Below, in pieces: positions 13,126-27,972 of a stretch of DNA of 64,000 nt. Both the position numbers and the translations under genes were made by a program. The stretch spans positions 4,588,001 to 4,652,000 of the forward strand of contig OX597825.1 of assembly GCA_951406725.2 (NCBI GenBank), given 5' to 3'. The notes below the pieces were generated by a model. It did not search any database and was not told the origin of the DNA. It saw only the letters and a program-made list of their open reading frames with translations. This DNA is from Octopus vulgaris (lineage: Eukaryota). Numbering within the stretch: position 1 is the first letter of the stretch; every line of letters begins with the position of its first letter.

Positions 13126-15694
13126 TCCTAGCCGCGTTGCTATACCAGCATATTTTCAACTTACATTCTCCACGATGACCTCTCGTCTCGACGCTATAAC
13201 GAATAACTTCCGTGAGATGTGGCAGAGAAATTTTGTAGTTTGAACCACCACGGAAGTGCAGTCTTTTTGCCCTTGGTGTTTCTGAAGCCTATAAACCCCT
13301 GATCTGAAGTGAACGAATTTTTAGCAAGACCATGAAAATGGTACTTCATTACCAATGCATAAATTTAGATCTAAAGTTGTGAGGATGTACCAAAATATTT
13401 CAAAGACTTGTACGAATTTTGTAAAGATTAATGCTCGAAGCGAGCAAGTTCGCTTGATATGCCGAATCCTATATCGTGTTGTTTTAAGCTCCAGGCCAAT
13501 AAAAACAGTTCTTTCGCCGAACACAAAATAATGAATAAAGAGTTTGTAGCTCAAAGCAATATTTTACGAATGAAAGAATTGATGGACTTGCTCCTGATAA
13601 GAGAAAACATGTTTTAAAGCTCCATTCTTGGCAGGTTCGAACTATGACAATAGGTATCAGATATGAAATATCAACAATACACATAAAGTACATAGGCAAA
13701 TAAATGCATAAATACATATAGGTGCACTAATATATGCATATATGTGTGCATGCAAATATGTATGTGTAAATATACATACGCATGTATGGGAAAGTGTGCG
13801 ATTGAATAAGAAGAACAGCAGCACTTGTGCTACATAAAATATGAGCATCGCATCTTTAGTACCAAGAATAAGGATAAATACCCAGAATACACAGACTAAA
13901 AGAGTGGCAAGGCAGAAAAAATAGATGAGAAAATGTGGGCGATTCTTCCACTCAAACAATGTGGTCCATTATTCTAAAACATTGTTTAAACATAAGTGGC
14001 AATTATTTCTGGAAATAACATCAGTGCAAATATTGTCAGGTATGTCCTACTTCAGAACAGAAAAAAAATTACATGGCTGAAAAGAAATGAGAAATCATTA
14101 TGGCAAAAATCTATTTATTTGATATCGCGATTGAGAGAAAAACAGCGTCGCTGATTGCAGGTTTCTGAAAAACAAATGCATTGGAAACGGTGTACCAAAG
14201 AAGAGATTGTCTGTAAATCGGAAAACAGAAAATATTACATTTGACATTGTTCAATGAGTTATCAGTTTTTGGTTTTATTCTTAGTGTGCACGTCGTTTGC
14301 TTATATACAAATATGTGCGCGCGGCTGTGGGTGTGTATGTCTGTCTGTGTGACCCTATGTGTATCTCTTTCACTTTTCACGTCTTTACTTGTTTCAGTTC
14401 GGGAGCTGTGACCATGCTGGGGCACTTTATCTTTATTTATCACTTTTTAATTGTTGGTTGTTTTTTAATGAAGTTGCAGCTCATGTTTGATGTTACGATT
14501 CCTGTCGTGAAGTCTATTCGTCCGAGACACTTCAGTGTACGAATTCCGGTCCTGATTTCAAAGCATTTACATCCACCAACAGTAGGTATCTCCAAACCAT
14601 CGAACTTCTACTGAAGAACTGGGAATCCATAATTCCCAATATATTACAAAATCTACTCTTGCATTTTGACAGCAGCAGTGGTAACTTTGACAAAATGCAT
14701 TGGTGCTCTGTTCTAGTGTTAGCATAACTTGCAATGCCAAAGTTTAGCAAGGGTCCGAGGATATTCTAGATATCTTCGAAGGGCTTTCCCACTCTTCCGC
14801 CAGGGAGGCGTGACGTTTTGAGTCGAGTGATTCCCACTGTATGTATATATGCTTACACCCACGTATATGTAAATGTGTGTGCTTGTGTGTGTGTGTGTGT
14901 TTACGGTGTGGGTTTGGGGTTGTTTCCATGCAGGTATGTGTTGGTGTATGTCTGTTTGTGTGTGTGGTTTTCTTGCGTGTGAAATGGGTTTCCGCTTACA
15001 CATTATGCGTCAAGCACTGTTTAGGGCAGCAAAAACCTGCACAATGTCCCGCGTAGTGGGAAATAGTGGTGAAATAAATCGCTCACACAATACTCATACC
15101 GTTGCTCGTTTATCGTTTTACCTATTTTTGTTTCAGTTGAGTTACCACCTAGAAGGGTTTAATCGAAAAACTAAACTCTCGTATTATTATTTTAAGTTTT
15201 TAAAGTATGATGTTACATAGTCTCTAAGTTTCATTCGATGTACAACTATTTTACCGGGATGTAAAGGTACCAATATCTGTTGACAGGCACTGGGGAGGAA
15301 GAAGCATGAACACACACACGCGCACACACACACACGCGCACACACACACACGCGCACACACACACACGCGCACACACACACACGCGCACACACACACACA
15401 CACACACTTGCTTTAATTTTCTCTAGTATTTGTTCTCTGTATAAGTTGGATCTTATGATATGTATACACATTTTTTTATTTGATGCATTCAATATACTTT
15501 ATATATTGATGTGTCTAATTTGCTTATCCCCACATTTGCTTCCATACCTGTTTGAGTTGATCCCTTTTATGTGTATTTTTTACCTTCTGGAATGATCTCC
15601 TCTAATGACATCGGAGACAAATTTCGAATCCTCTGAGTACTATTAAGTGTTTTCTGTACGGAGTATACCTCGATCACACCTCGAACTACATATG

Positions 15695-15744
<50 letters not shown>

Positions 15745-17249
15745 TATATATATGTGCGTTGGTCAATCCGGGTTATAATGAAATTCACCTGTCATAGGTA
15801 CTGCACAATGAGAATGAATCTGGTACGGCGTGTACGCTATGCGAGCACCTTAGCCACACACCGATGCCTGCAACTTAGAAATTCTAGAACTTATTCATAA
15901 TGGTTTTCATTCTATTCTGAGCATTTATACGAGATCGATATTTTAATATCCTGTAGACAGAAAGAATAAGAATATGGTGTGATTACATGCGTTATAATTT
16001 TTACCGCGGATCTTGCATTAGGAACACGCCCTTAAAAATATTTCTGTCACGACATTTCACTATGTAATACATACTTGCTCGTGATTGAAGCGAAATTGAA
16101 TTAGGGATTTATCGTAGTTCTTAATAGAAAATTATCGCATACAAGCGTATGTTTCATATTATCCTCTCTTCAACTGGATATCTTCTTCATGGATCAATAT
16201 GCACTGTATTAATTTCGAAAAAAAATATTTACACAATGCTATTATCTATTCTTCTGTACTGCCGCTTTTTACAGAAAACATAATCTCGCTGTTAACGCTC
16301 ATTCTTAAATCTATTTTAGGCCACCAGTTTGAATATTATATCTGATGGTTATTATCAATGTTGAAATGTTAAATTTATCCTACCATTTTTATATATTTAA
16401 AAAATGTCATACTTCAATTTCATTTCTTCGAATCATTTACAAATTATTGCCGATTTTCTAGACATTTGGAAAATTAAGTGATGCTCCCAAACTTGATAGA
16501 AAAGCAGATTATCTCATATTAAAATTCCTATCTATATAACATGATTTCTACACTGAACACTAAAAATACCAGCAAGATACCTCATCGGTTATGCCCTTCT
16601 TACGACGAGGATTTATGAAGTTTTACGTATCCACATCTCAATGAGCATCATCACGGTTTCTTAATCCTCTCTCCCAAAAGATCCAAGTCAGAAAATATTA
16701 TATCCAGCATTCATCAAGGTAAGTGAACTTGTCGGTCATTTAACCACGTAACTGAAAGAACACAAATAATAACTATTTCTAAATAGGCACATGGCCAACA
16801 AATTTAAATGGGTGAGCCGTTAGTACATCTCATTAACACTTGACTGTTATATTGTTCTTCGATGCCGGGAAGATGAAAGGTAAAATTAACGTGGTAAAGA
16901 CTTGAACTCAGAAGGTGAAGAATTATTTTTAGCCGACGCACTCAATATTTTGGCCATCCGTCACCCTAAATTCTTACTAATATAGGCACAAGGCAGGACA
17001 TTTGGATGAGAATTACTCGATTAAACTAAATCTATATGAATGCTACGTTGTTTCATCGATACCAGAAGGGTGAAATGATAAGCTGATGCTGACAAGAGTT
17101 GAAAGCATAAAATCCATTTATCACCAAGGTCAACTTTGCCTTCCATCCTTACTTGGATGGAATAATATCTTCATTCCACAACATCACAATATTGGATATA
17201 ATGCAACGTGTTCAATAATAATAATAATGATGATGATGATGATGATGAC

Positions 17250-17515
17250 GTGTTGAAAGTGTAAGGTGCAAACCCGAGAAACGTTTCAACGAAATCTGAA
17301 TTGACATGAGAACAGAACAAACTTTGTTGGGGACGGCTAAGATTCTGAGATTTGTACTTGGACGTTGAATGTCTCCCACGATAATAAATAACCAAGTATC
17401 AAAGCTCATAGTGTGTAGAGACACCGTGAGACATGTGACAGTAAGATGTCGTTAGCTCTCACAGAATCTATCAGAACAAACAAGAGTAAAGGCTTTGAAA
17501 AGTCAAACGATAATA
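17250..17515 (+). mobile_element. Degraded 3' end of an R4/Dong-type RLE LINE
   Basis: Plus strand translates to KRFNEI*IDMRTEQTLLGTAKILRFVLGR*. It lies between degenerate AAT/GAT trinucleotide tracts. Confidence 0.6.
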
Positions 17516-19108
17516 AGAAGGGAAAGAAAAAGAAGAAGAAGGAAAAGATAAAAGAAAAGAGGAAGAAGAAGAAGAACGACAACAACAACAACAGCGGTCA
17601 CAACAGTAGCAACAATAATGAGGACGATGATGATGATGATGATGATGATGACGACGACGACGACGACGACAATGATGATGATGAGGAGGAGGAGGAAGGG
17701 GAGGGTGGTAACGGAACTGGCCTGGGGCGAATAAGTACGGCTGCCCTGCGTAAAACTGAAATAAACCAGACACAACCGAGGCAACATTTACAAACAACTG
17801 TGCTATAAATCTCTCAGTGTGTCCCACTGATTCTTGTATTATGTCTTACAAGCGATTATAATGCGCAATCTATATTATTTAAATAGCATACAACACATGC
17901 GAAGATAGGAATCAAGTGGACATTGTGGACGAACAGAATAAACGAAAGTTACTATTGAACTCAAAGAAATCAAAACGAAACGATCTCAATAAGTACAAAT
18001 GTTATTTATTTTGTGTCTTACACGTGATTATATTACATTCAGTGTATTTAGTTTGAAAAACATACAAGACGTACGAAACTAAGAAACAAGCGAACATTCG
18101 AGACAAACAAAACAAAGCGAAGCGAATATATCAATTGCAAGAGAACGAAATGAAACGACTTCTCGAATACAACATAACACAATGAAATGAAATTTTCAAT
18201 ACAAACAAGGCGATGTGAAAAAGAGTTTAAAGTCAACCCAACATAAAGTTATTTATAAACAGATTATCTACGTCCATTAATAATCAAGAAGCAATGAAAA
18301 CACGACCAACCGATTCGGAATGTATAATGAAACTTGTAGTGTGAGTTTAATGTCAGTTCCGTGGGAAAATGAGGTAAGGTATTGTTCAGAAATGGGGTCT
18401 TCTTAAAAGTTTACCCCACCAAAAGTTCCCGCTCCTCACTTGCTAACATCTAACAGAAAACGTGCCAGCAATGAACACTACTGAATCTGATATTATTCCT
18501 AACGCATCTCAATACTATATACACTACATGAAGCCTCTATTTGAGAATGAGTTGCGGGTAGATGAGTGGAACATTCGAAGGAAGGTGTAACTACAAAGAA
18601 AGTTTCTAATGTATAGTGATGAATAATAATTAAAATACAGGTACACTCAGAGAGCGCAAACCTCCGCCAAGGCAAAACCAACGTCCTCCATACGATTATC
18701 CGGAGGTGATTTTTAAAATGAGAATATCTGAAATATTTGCTGCCATGATCGAACTTCGACTCGTGGGTTTTAAAGAGGAGTGAGTGACGGGAGAGGAGGA
18801 CATTTTTCGTCTATAGGTTGGCTGGTGGGAATAAAAGTACTCCCATTTGATGCTCCCATGATGGCACTTAATGACTACATCTTGTATATGTATTTACTTT
18901 TTTAAAACGAACCTAAGCGTAGAAAATATTGCCTCATAAGAGGCAATAATCAGCCATATTACACCATCCAAGTGATACCTGGCGTTCTAATTAATAGATC
19001 TTTACAAGACTTTAGCACATAAAACGATAACGGAAGAGTGAAAGCAACAATTATAACCCATACACACGTAGCGTGTTCCAAAGTAAAACCACTACTACAT
19101 GGCAACAA

Positions 19109-19193
<85 letters not shown>

Positions 19194-19264
19194 TATAATA
19201 ATAATAATAATAATAATAAAGATAACAATTATTATTATTTTATTATTATTATTATTATTATTAT

Positions 19265-19484
19265 TCTATGTTTGATTTTTGCTTTACATTTGCACAAGCT
19301 GGCTCCAAGTCTCACCCAGAGACCTCAAGAAACAACAAGTTGGAAGTCCATGTTGGTGTTATGCCTTGGGTGCCATATATTTGGTTTTGTACTTAGTGTT
19401 GTACTAGTGAATGCCTAAAAAACCATACGAAAATTATGTTTGTATTAAAACTTGAGATTACATAGAAAGTATTTTGCGTAGGAT
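19265..19484 (-). mobile_element. Short 3' fragment of an R4/Dong-type LINE inside a (TAA)n tract
   Basis: Minus strand reads (ata)n-ATCCTACGCAAAATACTTTCTATGTAA (ILRKILSM*), then a 3' UTR, then ...caaacatagAATAATAAT. (TAA)n lies on both sides. Confidence 0.7.
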
Positions 19485-19495
19485 TATTATTATTA

Positions 19496-19526
<31 letters not shown>

Positions 19527-19539
19527 GATTTCAATTTGT

Positions 19540-19742
19540 AGCACAAGGCCAGCAATATCAGTGAAGAGGTAAGTCTTCACTGAGGCATTGACCTCAGTAT
19601 TCAACTGGTATTTATTTTATCGACTCGGAATGGATAAAAGCAAAGTCGACCTTGAAGGAATTTGAACTCAGAACGTTGAGACGGACGACATAACTATAGG
19701 CGTCTCATTCGGCGTGAAAACGATTCTACCAACACACCGCTT
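19540..19742 (-). mobile_element. OK-like SINE copy, diverged
   Basis: Reverse complement of the SINE body (ttttatcgac..gga..ggataaaagcaaagtcgacct...gaatttgaactcagaacg). Confidence 0.75.
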
Positions 19743-19789
19743 TAACAGCTACAGCAGGCGTATTAATATTAACATTAATAGTAATAATA

Positions 19790-20250
19790 ATGAGAAGGAA
19801 GAGGAGAAGAAGAAGGAGAGGAAGAAGTAAAAGAAGTAGAAGTAGAAGAAGAAAATGAAGAAGAATAAGAAGAAGAAAAAGTGGAATAGGAAGAAGAAGA
19901 AGGGGAAGAAGAAGAAAATGAAGAAGTGGAAGAGGAAGGAGAAGGAGAAAAAGAAGAAGGAGAAGGAGAAAATGAAGAAGAAGAAGAAGAAGAAGAAGAA
20001 GAAGAAGAAAAAGTGGAAGAGGAAGAAGAAGGGGAAGAAGAAGAAAATGAAGAAGAAGTGGAAGAGGAAGGAGAAGGAGAAAAAGGAGAAGGAGAAGAGG
20101 TATAATAAGAAGTAGAAGTAGAAGAAGAAGTAGAAGAAGAAGAAGAAGAAGAAGAAGAAGAAGAAGAAGAAGGAGAAGGAGAAGGAGAAGAAGAAGAAGA
20201 AGAAGATGACGATGATGATAATGATGATGAGGATGAGGATGATGAAGAAA
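19790..20250. repeat. Polypurine (GAA/GAG)n low-complexity tract with internal duplications
   Basis: Read directly from the sequence; it produces the poly-K, poly-S and poly-F ORFs. Confidence 0.95.
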
Positions 20251-20792
20251 TCAACTAAAACAACAAAGGAAAAAAACAAGTTAGTGGGGGGAAAAAAATT
20301 ATAAATTCACCTTCATAACTCCATCATTTGCTAAAATTACGTAATATAATAAAACTCGTCACTTAAGACATAATTTTATTTATTGATTGTTTCTATTTTT
20401 TGTTATGCTTTACATTTGTTTGTGTGTGTTTGCGCTTGAGTATGTGTGTGGTTATTTCTGTATATGTATATGTGTGTGTGTGTGTGTGTGTGTTTGTGTG
20501 TGCGTGTGTTGCATCAGTTAAACAATTAAGTTAACTTGTATAGGCACTTGGCATTGTTCAACTTGTGAATGAATACCTTATCTTCAAGAATGGATGTGAA
20601 TATTTTCTCTCGCACAATGACTCATATCCAATAAATTATGTATTGATTCGTCTTAATTGATTCGCTGGCTGAAAAATCACAGAAGCTGTTAAGAACATCT
20701 TTAAGCATTTAAAATTTGTGGTGAGGATTTCGGGTAGGTGTTTGGGAGAGGAGGAAGTAGCTGCAGAAGATGATGATGGGGATGATGATTAC

Positions 20793-20835
<43 letters not shown>

Positions 20836-22959
20836 AAGATAATGAAGGAAGATGATGATAATGAAAGTAGAGGTCGAGGAAATAAGAAGAAGGAGGAGGA
20901 GGAGGGGGAAGGAGGAGAAGGAAGAGAAGAAGAAAAAGACGAAGCAGAAGTAGAAGAAAATGATGATGATGGAGTAGGTCAATGAGGCGAATTAGAAGAA
21001 GAAGAAGAAGAAGAAGAAGAAGAAGAAGAAGAAGAAAAAGAAGAGAATGTCATCATATCAATGATGATAATGATGGAGTAGGTAAATGAAGCGATTTAGA
21101 AAATGAAGGTGATGACATCAATTATGATGCTGATGATGATGATGAGGAGGAGGGGGAAGAAGGAGGAGGAGGAGAAGAAGAAGAAGAAGAAGAAGAAGAA
21201 GAAGAAGAAGAAGAAATTATTTGCATGTGCTGGCATTGTAAGTCTTACCCTTATCATGAACGTAAGCGGCAATAACAACAACAGTACTGACTAAAATAAG
21301 AATTCAGAGTGATGGAGAGAATAAGGACAGCTGGAGCAAGAGGGGAAGAAGCGGGATCTCATTGAATTCAAATAAGGGTCAGTTTGAGACCGACAAAATG
21401 GTGAACGGCTTTATGTTCGGGATTCAAAAGCCGAAGAGATAGATTTTACCTGTCATCTTTTCAGAGTCGATAAAGTACCAATCATATACTGGTGTCGATA
21501 TAATCCACTTATCCATTCCCTCGAAATTGCTGGTCTTGTACCAAATTTGGAAACCGATATTAGTCAGTTCAAATCACCACTAGGTCAGCTTTGAGAATTA
21601 TTTCTATTCAGGGCCAAAAATACAAGAAACTCATCGTTTTGATATAATGCTAATATCTATACAAGAAATTATATTGTCTCTCTTTTAAAATTCAAATGAA
21701 AGAAAACATATTATTGATTATTGATCTTAATGAAATGGAAATTTGAACAGGCGCGTGCGTTGCTGCATAGTTTGGTGTTTACTTTCCAGCCACATGATTT
21801 CGGATCCACATCGTCAGCGACGCAGCGTTTAGAGACATCTTCTCGTATTACCCCGGGCCGACCAAATTATATAAAGCAATAACAAGAATATCTAACATAC
21901 CTGAAAGTTTGAAAATTTGTTAGGACTTCGTCAATCAAGTGGTCTCAATGATTATTCTACTGGCTTATATTAACAAAAGACAAATCTGATACGAGCAAGA
22001 TTTGAACACAAGCCACGAAGATCACGAAGACATTATTCCGGCGAACAAACTGCTCTAACAAATTTACAAAATAAACGAAAAAGTAAATAAATGAAATAAT
22101 AAATAGAAATTTAAAACCCAAGGCTTCTAATTTCCTCAAATTTGCCAGCATTGTTATTTTACTGTTATTTCAACCGTGGTGTTCCCATTCTTATTTTTTT
22201 TGTTATGTTATTTCCACCTTTCTCTTTATCCTGTAATATCCTGTATTTTTGTCTTTCGTTATAATTACAACCAGTCCATTTATAACGGACTGTGTCAAAA
22301 TATTTCTCATATATATACATATGTTTGTCAAGCTCTCTTTCTTTGTCTCTCTCTCCCGGATGAGAGGCCTATGTCCGAAAATATAGCTTTCTCCTTATCA
22401 TGGTAATATAATTTATTATATTTGTACTAGATTTTTCCCTGGATCCTTCTTTATCAATTTGATATTTCTCTCAATCCAGCCCTAAGAACATAAAACATGA
22501 TTATCGTTGTGATTGCTATTATTATTCTTTATCAGTCGGTGAACTATCATTTGTTCTGACCTATTGCGTTCTGAACTCAAATTCCATTAAAACCGGCATC
22601 GATATTTTTTTCTTTTGGAGGCCGATAAAATAAACACGTTTTACGAACGGGGTGCGATTTCATTGACCAGCCTAATCGCTCCAAATTTTCAACCTTGTGC
22701 CTATAACAGAAATGATTATAACAGTTGTTGATATTATTGGCACCGTTTTTTTAACCTCAAGTCAAACTTTGGACTAACTGATTTTTTTTTTTTTTTTTTG
22801 GTGGGAGGTGTTTTGTTGTTTTTTCTTTCTTTAAACCTATTGTAAATAAGACTGCTGGTCAACTAACAGAGATTTTTTTTCAATAATCTGAGTTGCAAAT
22901 TGACGTTTTTATGTCACTTTCTGTTGCTGATTGCGCCTCTGAAATCAGTTTTTCTCTAT

Positions 22960-23620
22960 CGGGTCCCATTTTATTTTTACCGATAGCTGTTGTTTTCATG
23001 TGGAGCAAATCACTGTGGGATATAATGAATACAAGATATGACATATTTCATGATATTTTGTACAATGTACAAAATCAAAATGCCTGTGGTTCTTCATCAT
23101 TTTCAGCATACGATATGCATCCACTCTCGTTTCTTCCATATAAGTAGTAGCCTCCCCGAGAAGTACTTTTTCGTCAGACATTTGAAAGCGATTCTCCGGT
23201 GGTACTGGAATAGGAATGTCGTCATCTTTGTGTAACATGTTTTTCTTCTTGCTGATTTCAAGGTGGGATATTCAATGTTATGCTTGGATTTAGCACTAAA
23301 CTGAAATACCATCTCCATGCAGAAATGATAGTCTGTTAAATGATCCTTCGGTTGTCTCCATATCAGCGTTACTGAAAATGCCATTTTACTCTTCCTTTTA
23401 TTTATCCAACCAATCAGACCATTTGATGAAGCTGAGCAAATTATTATATGCTGTTCCTAACAGTCAGCTTGATGCCAGAAAGAGCATCAAAAGGGCTACT
23501 GGTTCACCTTCTTGGTTCCAATTATGATAACATGTTACTGATATTTACAGGTAAAGGCATTTCAAACATAATAAAATATACCCGGACTGCTCTTGCGATG
23601 CCTTGAGATCCTAAAGAGAG
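22960..23620 (-). pseudogene. Degraded Chapaev3-like DNA transposase, N-terminal region
   Basis: Minus-strand translation MAFSVTLIWRQPKDHLTDYHFCM...FSAKSKHNIEYPTLKSARR, then after a frameshift HKDDDIPIPVPP. This matches the family motif PMVWREPKNH..DCYFC...F..K.K..I.YP.L.SA.RPVPH.DD.PVP.PP, recalled from memory. Confidence 0.7.
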
Positions 23621-24642
23621 TCTGATGATAATGAGGATGTTGATGATGCGGCACCTGAAAGAAAAAAGATTAAGATATGAAAAAGAAAAGAGGGCCGCTG
23701 AAATATTTTGCGAAAAAATGCATGACTAAACCGTTTAAAATAATGGAAAACATAAAATTACAAAGCAAATCAACTCTAATCAGTATAAGACATTAACGGT
23801 TGGTAATGCTGTTGATTGCAATTACATACCCATCTCAGTATATACACAGACACAACTCTGCCAAACATTCGCAGATGATCTAACTATAAACATCCGTTAA
23901 TCTGCTTATGAAAGTTAGCAATTGAAGTTACGCTTACGTTTGTCACTGAGATCAAACGAACAACTCGGAATCGACTATATAATGACGAAATGTTTAATCC
24001 TTGGGTTTTACTGGTGATACGTTTTAACAGAACATTGACAAGTTTTTCAGGCTTTTTCCTGGATCAGTGAATTCCTGTACCTCTATCTAAAGATGTACAT
24101 AATAAAGTATTTAAGAAATACAAGAGGATTATCTGGGTGAGCATATCACCATATGTCATTTTTCTGGTTCTTTATAATCTTAGTTTTAATCGGGTCGATC
24201 AAACTTCCCTTTCGTATTTCCAAGTTCGATAAAGTGAGGAATCATCCCAGGATTGGGGTCAGTGATGTCGGCTGATACCCGCCCCAAGTATCATGTCTTG
24301 TTCCTATTCTAGAAAGCGCACAGAGGGCTGTGAATAAAACACAATCGTTACAGCATGAAACAAATTGCTTTGCGATATTTAATTAGGAACTTTTTATGCT
24401 TTTAACTGAAATCTCGCAGCCACCAACTTTAACCTTCATCCGACTGAAGCCGATAAATAAGTTTCATCACAGCATTGTCTTCGATGTATGCGACAACACT
24501 TCTCACGCTATCATAAATGCGTGCCTTTGTAACAATGTTACGAAATTAGCATTAAATGACAAAGACAAAATAATATTTGTTAAAAATTCTTCGATAATAT
24601 TATTTTTTTGTTAATTAATGATCGTTATCAATTTCATTCCAA

Positions 24643-24688
<46 letters not shown>

Positions 24689-25188
24689 GGATGATCATGA
24701 TGATGATGATGGTGGAAATTAGAATTAGCTCATTTAGCTATTCGTCACTAATAAAATATTCTGAGGTCATTTGCAGTATCGTCATTTGGAAATTATTACG
24801 AATAATATCCAGGTAATTAAAATAGCGAAAAGCTACCAAAAACTTTTATACAATTCGTTTCAAATAATTTCTTGTTCCTATTTTCTTTTTCTACTTGTTA
24901 CTGCTAATGTTGGTTATATCTGGTTCAACCCCGCTTTAGGCTGACATATAATCTAAGATATTTTAATCCGTGGCAATCTCATTGCTTTATTCACACCTTA
25001 TGTATCTTGAATTATAGGATCATAATGAACCCCAGGTTCCATCGAGTCCATTGACTGTAACTCGAGGGAAATTTAGCCGCCATTTTCATCAGCTCAAACT
25101 ACTATTGCCACATTCGCACTTTGTCTTATCTACACAAGTTTTATGAAACGGGTAATTACATCGTAGTGATTCCCTTACAGCAAACAGG

Positions 25189-25258
<70 letters not shown>

Positions 25259-25260
<2 letters not shown>

Positions 25261-25700
25261 CGTAGGTGTGGGTGTCTGTTAAGACGTTTGCTTCGCAACC
25301 TCATGGTTCGAGTTGAGTCTCACTGCTTGGCAACTTGGGGAGGTGTCTTGTACTATGGACTCGAGCAGAGAAAGGTTTTATGACTACCAGAGGGAATCTG
25401 AAAGAAACCCGACGTATTCATATAAACGTCTGTGTGTGTGTATATGTGTATGTTTGTGCGTGCGTGTGGAAGTGTGTGCGTGTGTGTGTCTGTGTGAGTG
25501 TGTGTGAGTGTGTGTGCGTGCGTGTGTGCGAGTGTGCTTGTGTGTCTTTCTGTCTGACAACCGATGTTGGTGTTTTTAAGTCCACATAACAGGCACAAAG
25601 CCCGGTTGAATATGTATCATGATTAAAAATAAAGTAAATACAAGCGTGGGTAAGTTCTACTTAAATTTTTCAGGTCAATGCCCAAGCATGGCCAAATCTA
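25259..25700 (+). mobile_element. CORE-type SINE copy with an internal (TG)n tract
   Basis: Diverged match to 48184-48576, including gacaaccgatgttggtgt and the tail caagcatggcc. Confidence 0.7.
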
Positions 25701-26209
25701 GAGTTGAGAATGGTAACGACAGAATTGTTGACGTCGACATAGAAGAGGTTTCTCTGTATTGGCAGACTCATTGGTCAGTGGTCCTATTGTCCTATTGTCC
25801 TATTGGTCATATCATATATATATATATATATATACATATATATATACATATATGCATATATATACATATATATATTCATGTATATACATATATATTTGTG
25901 TGCGTATGCATGTATGTATGTATATATGTATGTATTGTTGTGTGTATTTTGTTGCTTGATTAGTGGAGATTGGTATTTGGTTATGTTCCTATGTGTGCGT
26001 ATGTGTATGTGTGTGTGTGTGTGTGTGAGTAGTGACCGACTCTTGGATAGGTCATGGTTACGTCCGTGGTAGTTTTGGGTGCGTGGCTTGTGCAGCATAA
26101 TTCTTATATATTCTCATTCATTTTCCTTACTGAGTTTGGTGTCTGAATCTCACTCCCCTATTTTCACTTCATCTGTAAACTGCCGTGTACGAAAAAAAAA
26201 ATTACTAAT

Positions 26210-26420
26210 CAACAAAATATGTGTATTATTACATTGTTTTCATAGTAGTTGGTACACAATAGCTGCCAGTTTCTTTTTATGCGATTTACGCCTGTGTTAT
26301 CACATCCTTTCAAATATACAGCAGGTTGTTCCGCCTATACACTTAGCTTCGGTTTCCCTTGCATTAACATTCCATTATAATTCATATTATACACTGGATC
26401 CCTAATTATGCAGTTATTCA
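26210..26420 (-). pseudogene. Possible degraded GIY-YIG endonuclease (Penelope-like)
   Basis: A minus-strand frame reads ...ETEAKCIGGTTCCIFERM**HRRK, resembling YIG.T.R.l..R..EH. It contains several stops. Confidence 0.4.
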
Positions 26421-27085
26421 GTAGACTGTTGTACACTCAACATTTGTTATTTCTGCAGGGATATTCTTACATGGTTATTACATTAGAGGTCTTCCATTTC
26501 ATATATTACTTTCCTATATTCGTGAACCATTTCAATGATATCGAATAATAGCAATCTGCAGAAAGTAGTGCTGTCATATTGTGGGACATTCTTGCGTAGA
26601 ATTTTTTTTCTATTCTAAACACTGCTACAAAAAATTAATTTGTTAATTAGAAGTTGGGTGGTGGTACGTTTGAACGGATAGATAACTTGACAGTTTCCTT
26701 CTTTCAGATATGGGACACAATGAAAAATATATACAGACAAACAAATACACACACACACAACACACACACACACACACACAAACACACAAATATAGATATA
26801 TGTATATGTAGAAGGTGTAAAAACTGGAACACGTGTATGTGGTTCTAAATGTGTGTCTCAGTGTACGAGCGTGCCACGCTGGTTTGTAAATGTGCCTGCA
26901 CATTTGTATGTAAGTCTGTCTTTATATATAAGTATTTTTTCCCTTGTGTTTTTGTATTTGTAAAATATCTAGTTACGCATTCTATTGAGACATTCAATCA
27001 TTTTATTTACCTTCTTCCACAAACACTCCACACACAGGCAGACATAATTGTTTTGCTTTATTTTATGTACACGTAATGCATATAA

Positions 27086-27143
<58 letters not shown>

Positions 27144-27225
27144 ATATGTATATATGTATATATATATGTATATATATGTATATATATATATGTATATATA
27201 TATGTATATGTATATATATATGTAT

Positions 27226-27258
<33 letters not shown>

Positions 27259-27287
27259 CATATATAATATATATATATGTATGTATA

Positions 27288-27339
<52 letters not shown>

Positions 27340-27724
27340 GAAACATGGTGAGGAAGAATGCATGTAATTAATTCAGATATAGGTTTGTGTCACTGCTTTC
27401 ACTCTGTATTATATCAGATAAAAAAGAAATTGTCAATCTCGCAAGTAGACCAGACAGTTTGATTGATTTGTCTTTCGAAGTGTTGCCATGCACATTTTAT
27501 ATCTACCTGTATTTTTAATTTGCTAGTGTATTCTAGATTGCGAAGCCGTACTTCGCATAAACGTTTCTTTGTTACATGTGATGAATATTGTCCTTGATTC
27601 GTTTAGACTTGTCTGCGCTTCAGTCGTCTGTTTTTTCAATCTGTCTGACATGTTGGAACTATTATTGAAATAAATCTTTCTCTCTCTCTCTCACACACAC
27701 ACACAAGTACATATATTTTCATAT

Positions 27725-27784
<60 letters not shown>

Positions 27785-27896
27785 GTATATATGTATATAT
27801 ATGTATATATATATATGTATATATATATATATACACATACATATATATGTATATATATGTATATATATATATATATATGTATGTATATATATAATA

Positions 27897-27972
<76 letters not shown>

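Noticed and set aside
14530-14830. Possible integrase remnant (SGPEFV) on the minus strand
   Set aside because: Only one weak motif is present, with no LTR or other domains.
16560-16725. Possible exon ending at AAG|GTAAGT (about 16719)
   Set aside because: No convincing acceptor or recognisable protein was found, and there are stops upstream in the frames checked.
17446-17808. 120-aa ORF with Lys-rich and acidic tracts
   Set aside because: It is a compound trinucleotide repeat adjoining a LINE 3' end.
22355-22390. Hammerhead-like cggatga-gaggcctatgtcc-gaaaatatag, with a possible GIY-YIG remnant at 21950-22150
   Set aside because: The core and stems are too degenerate to support a call. It may be a decayed PLE end.
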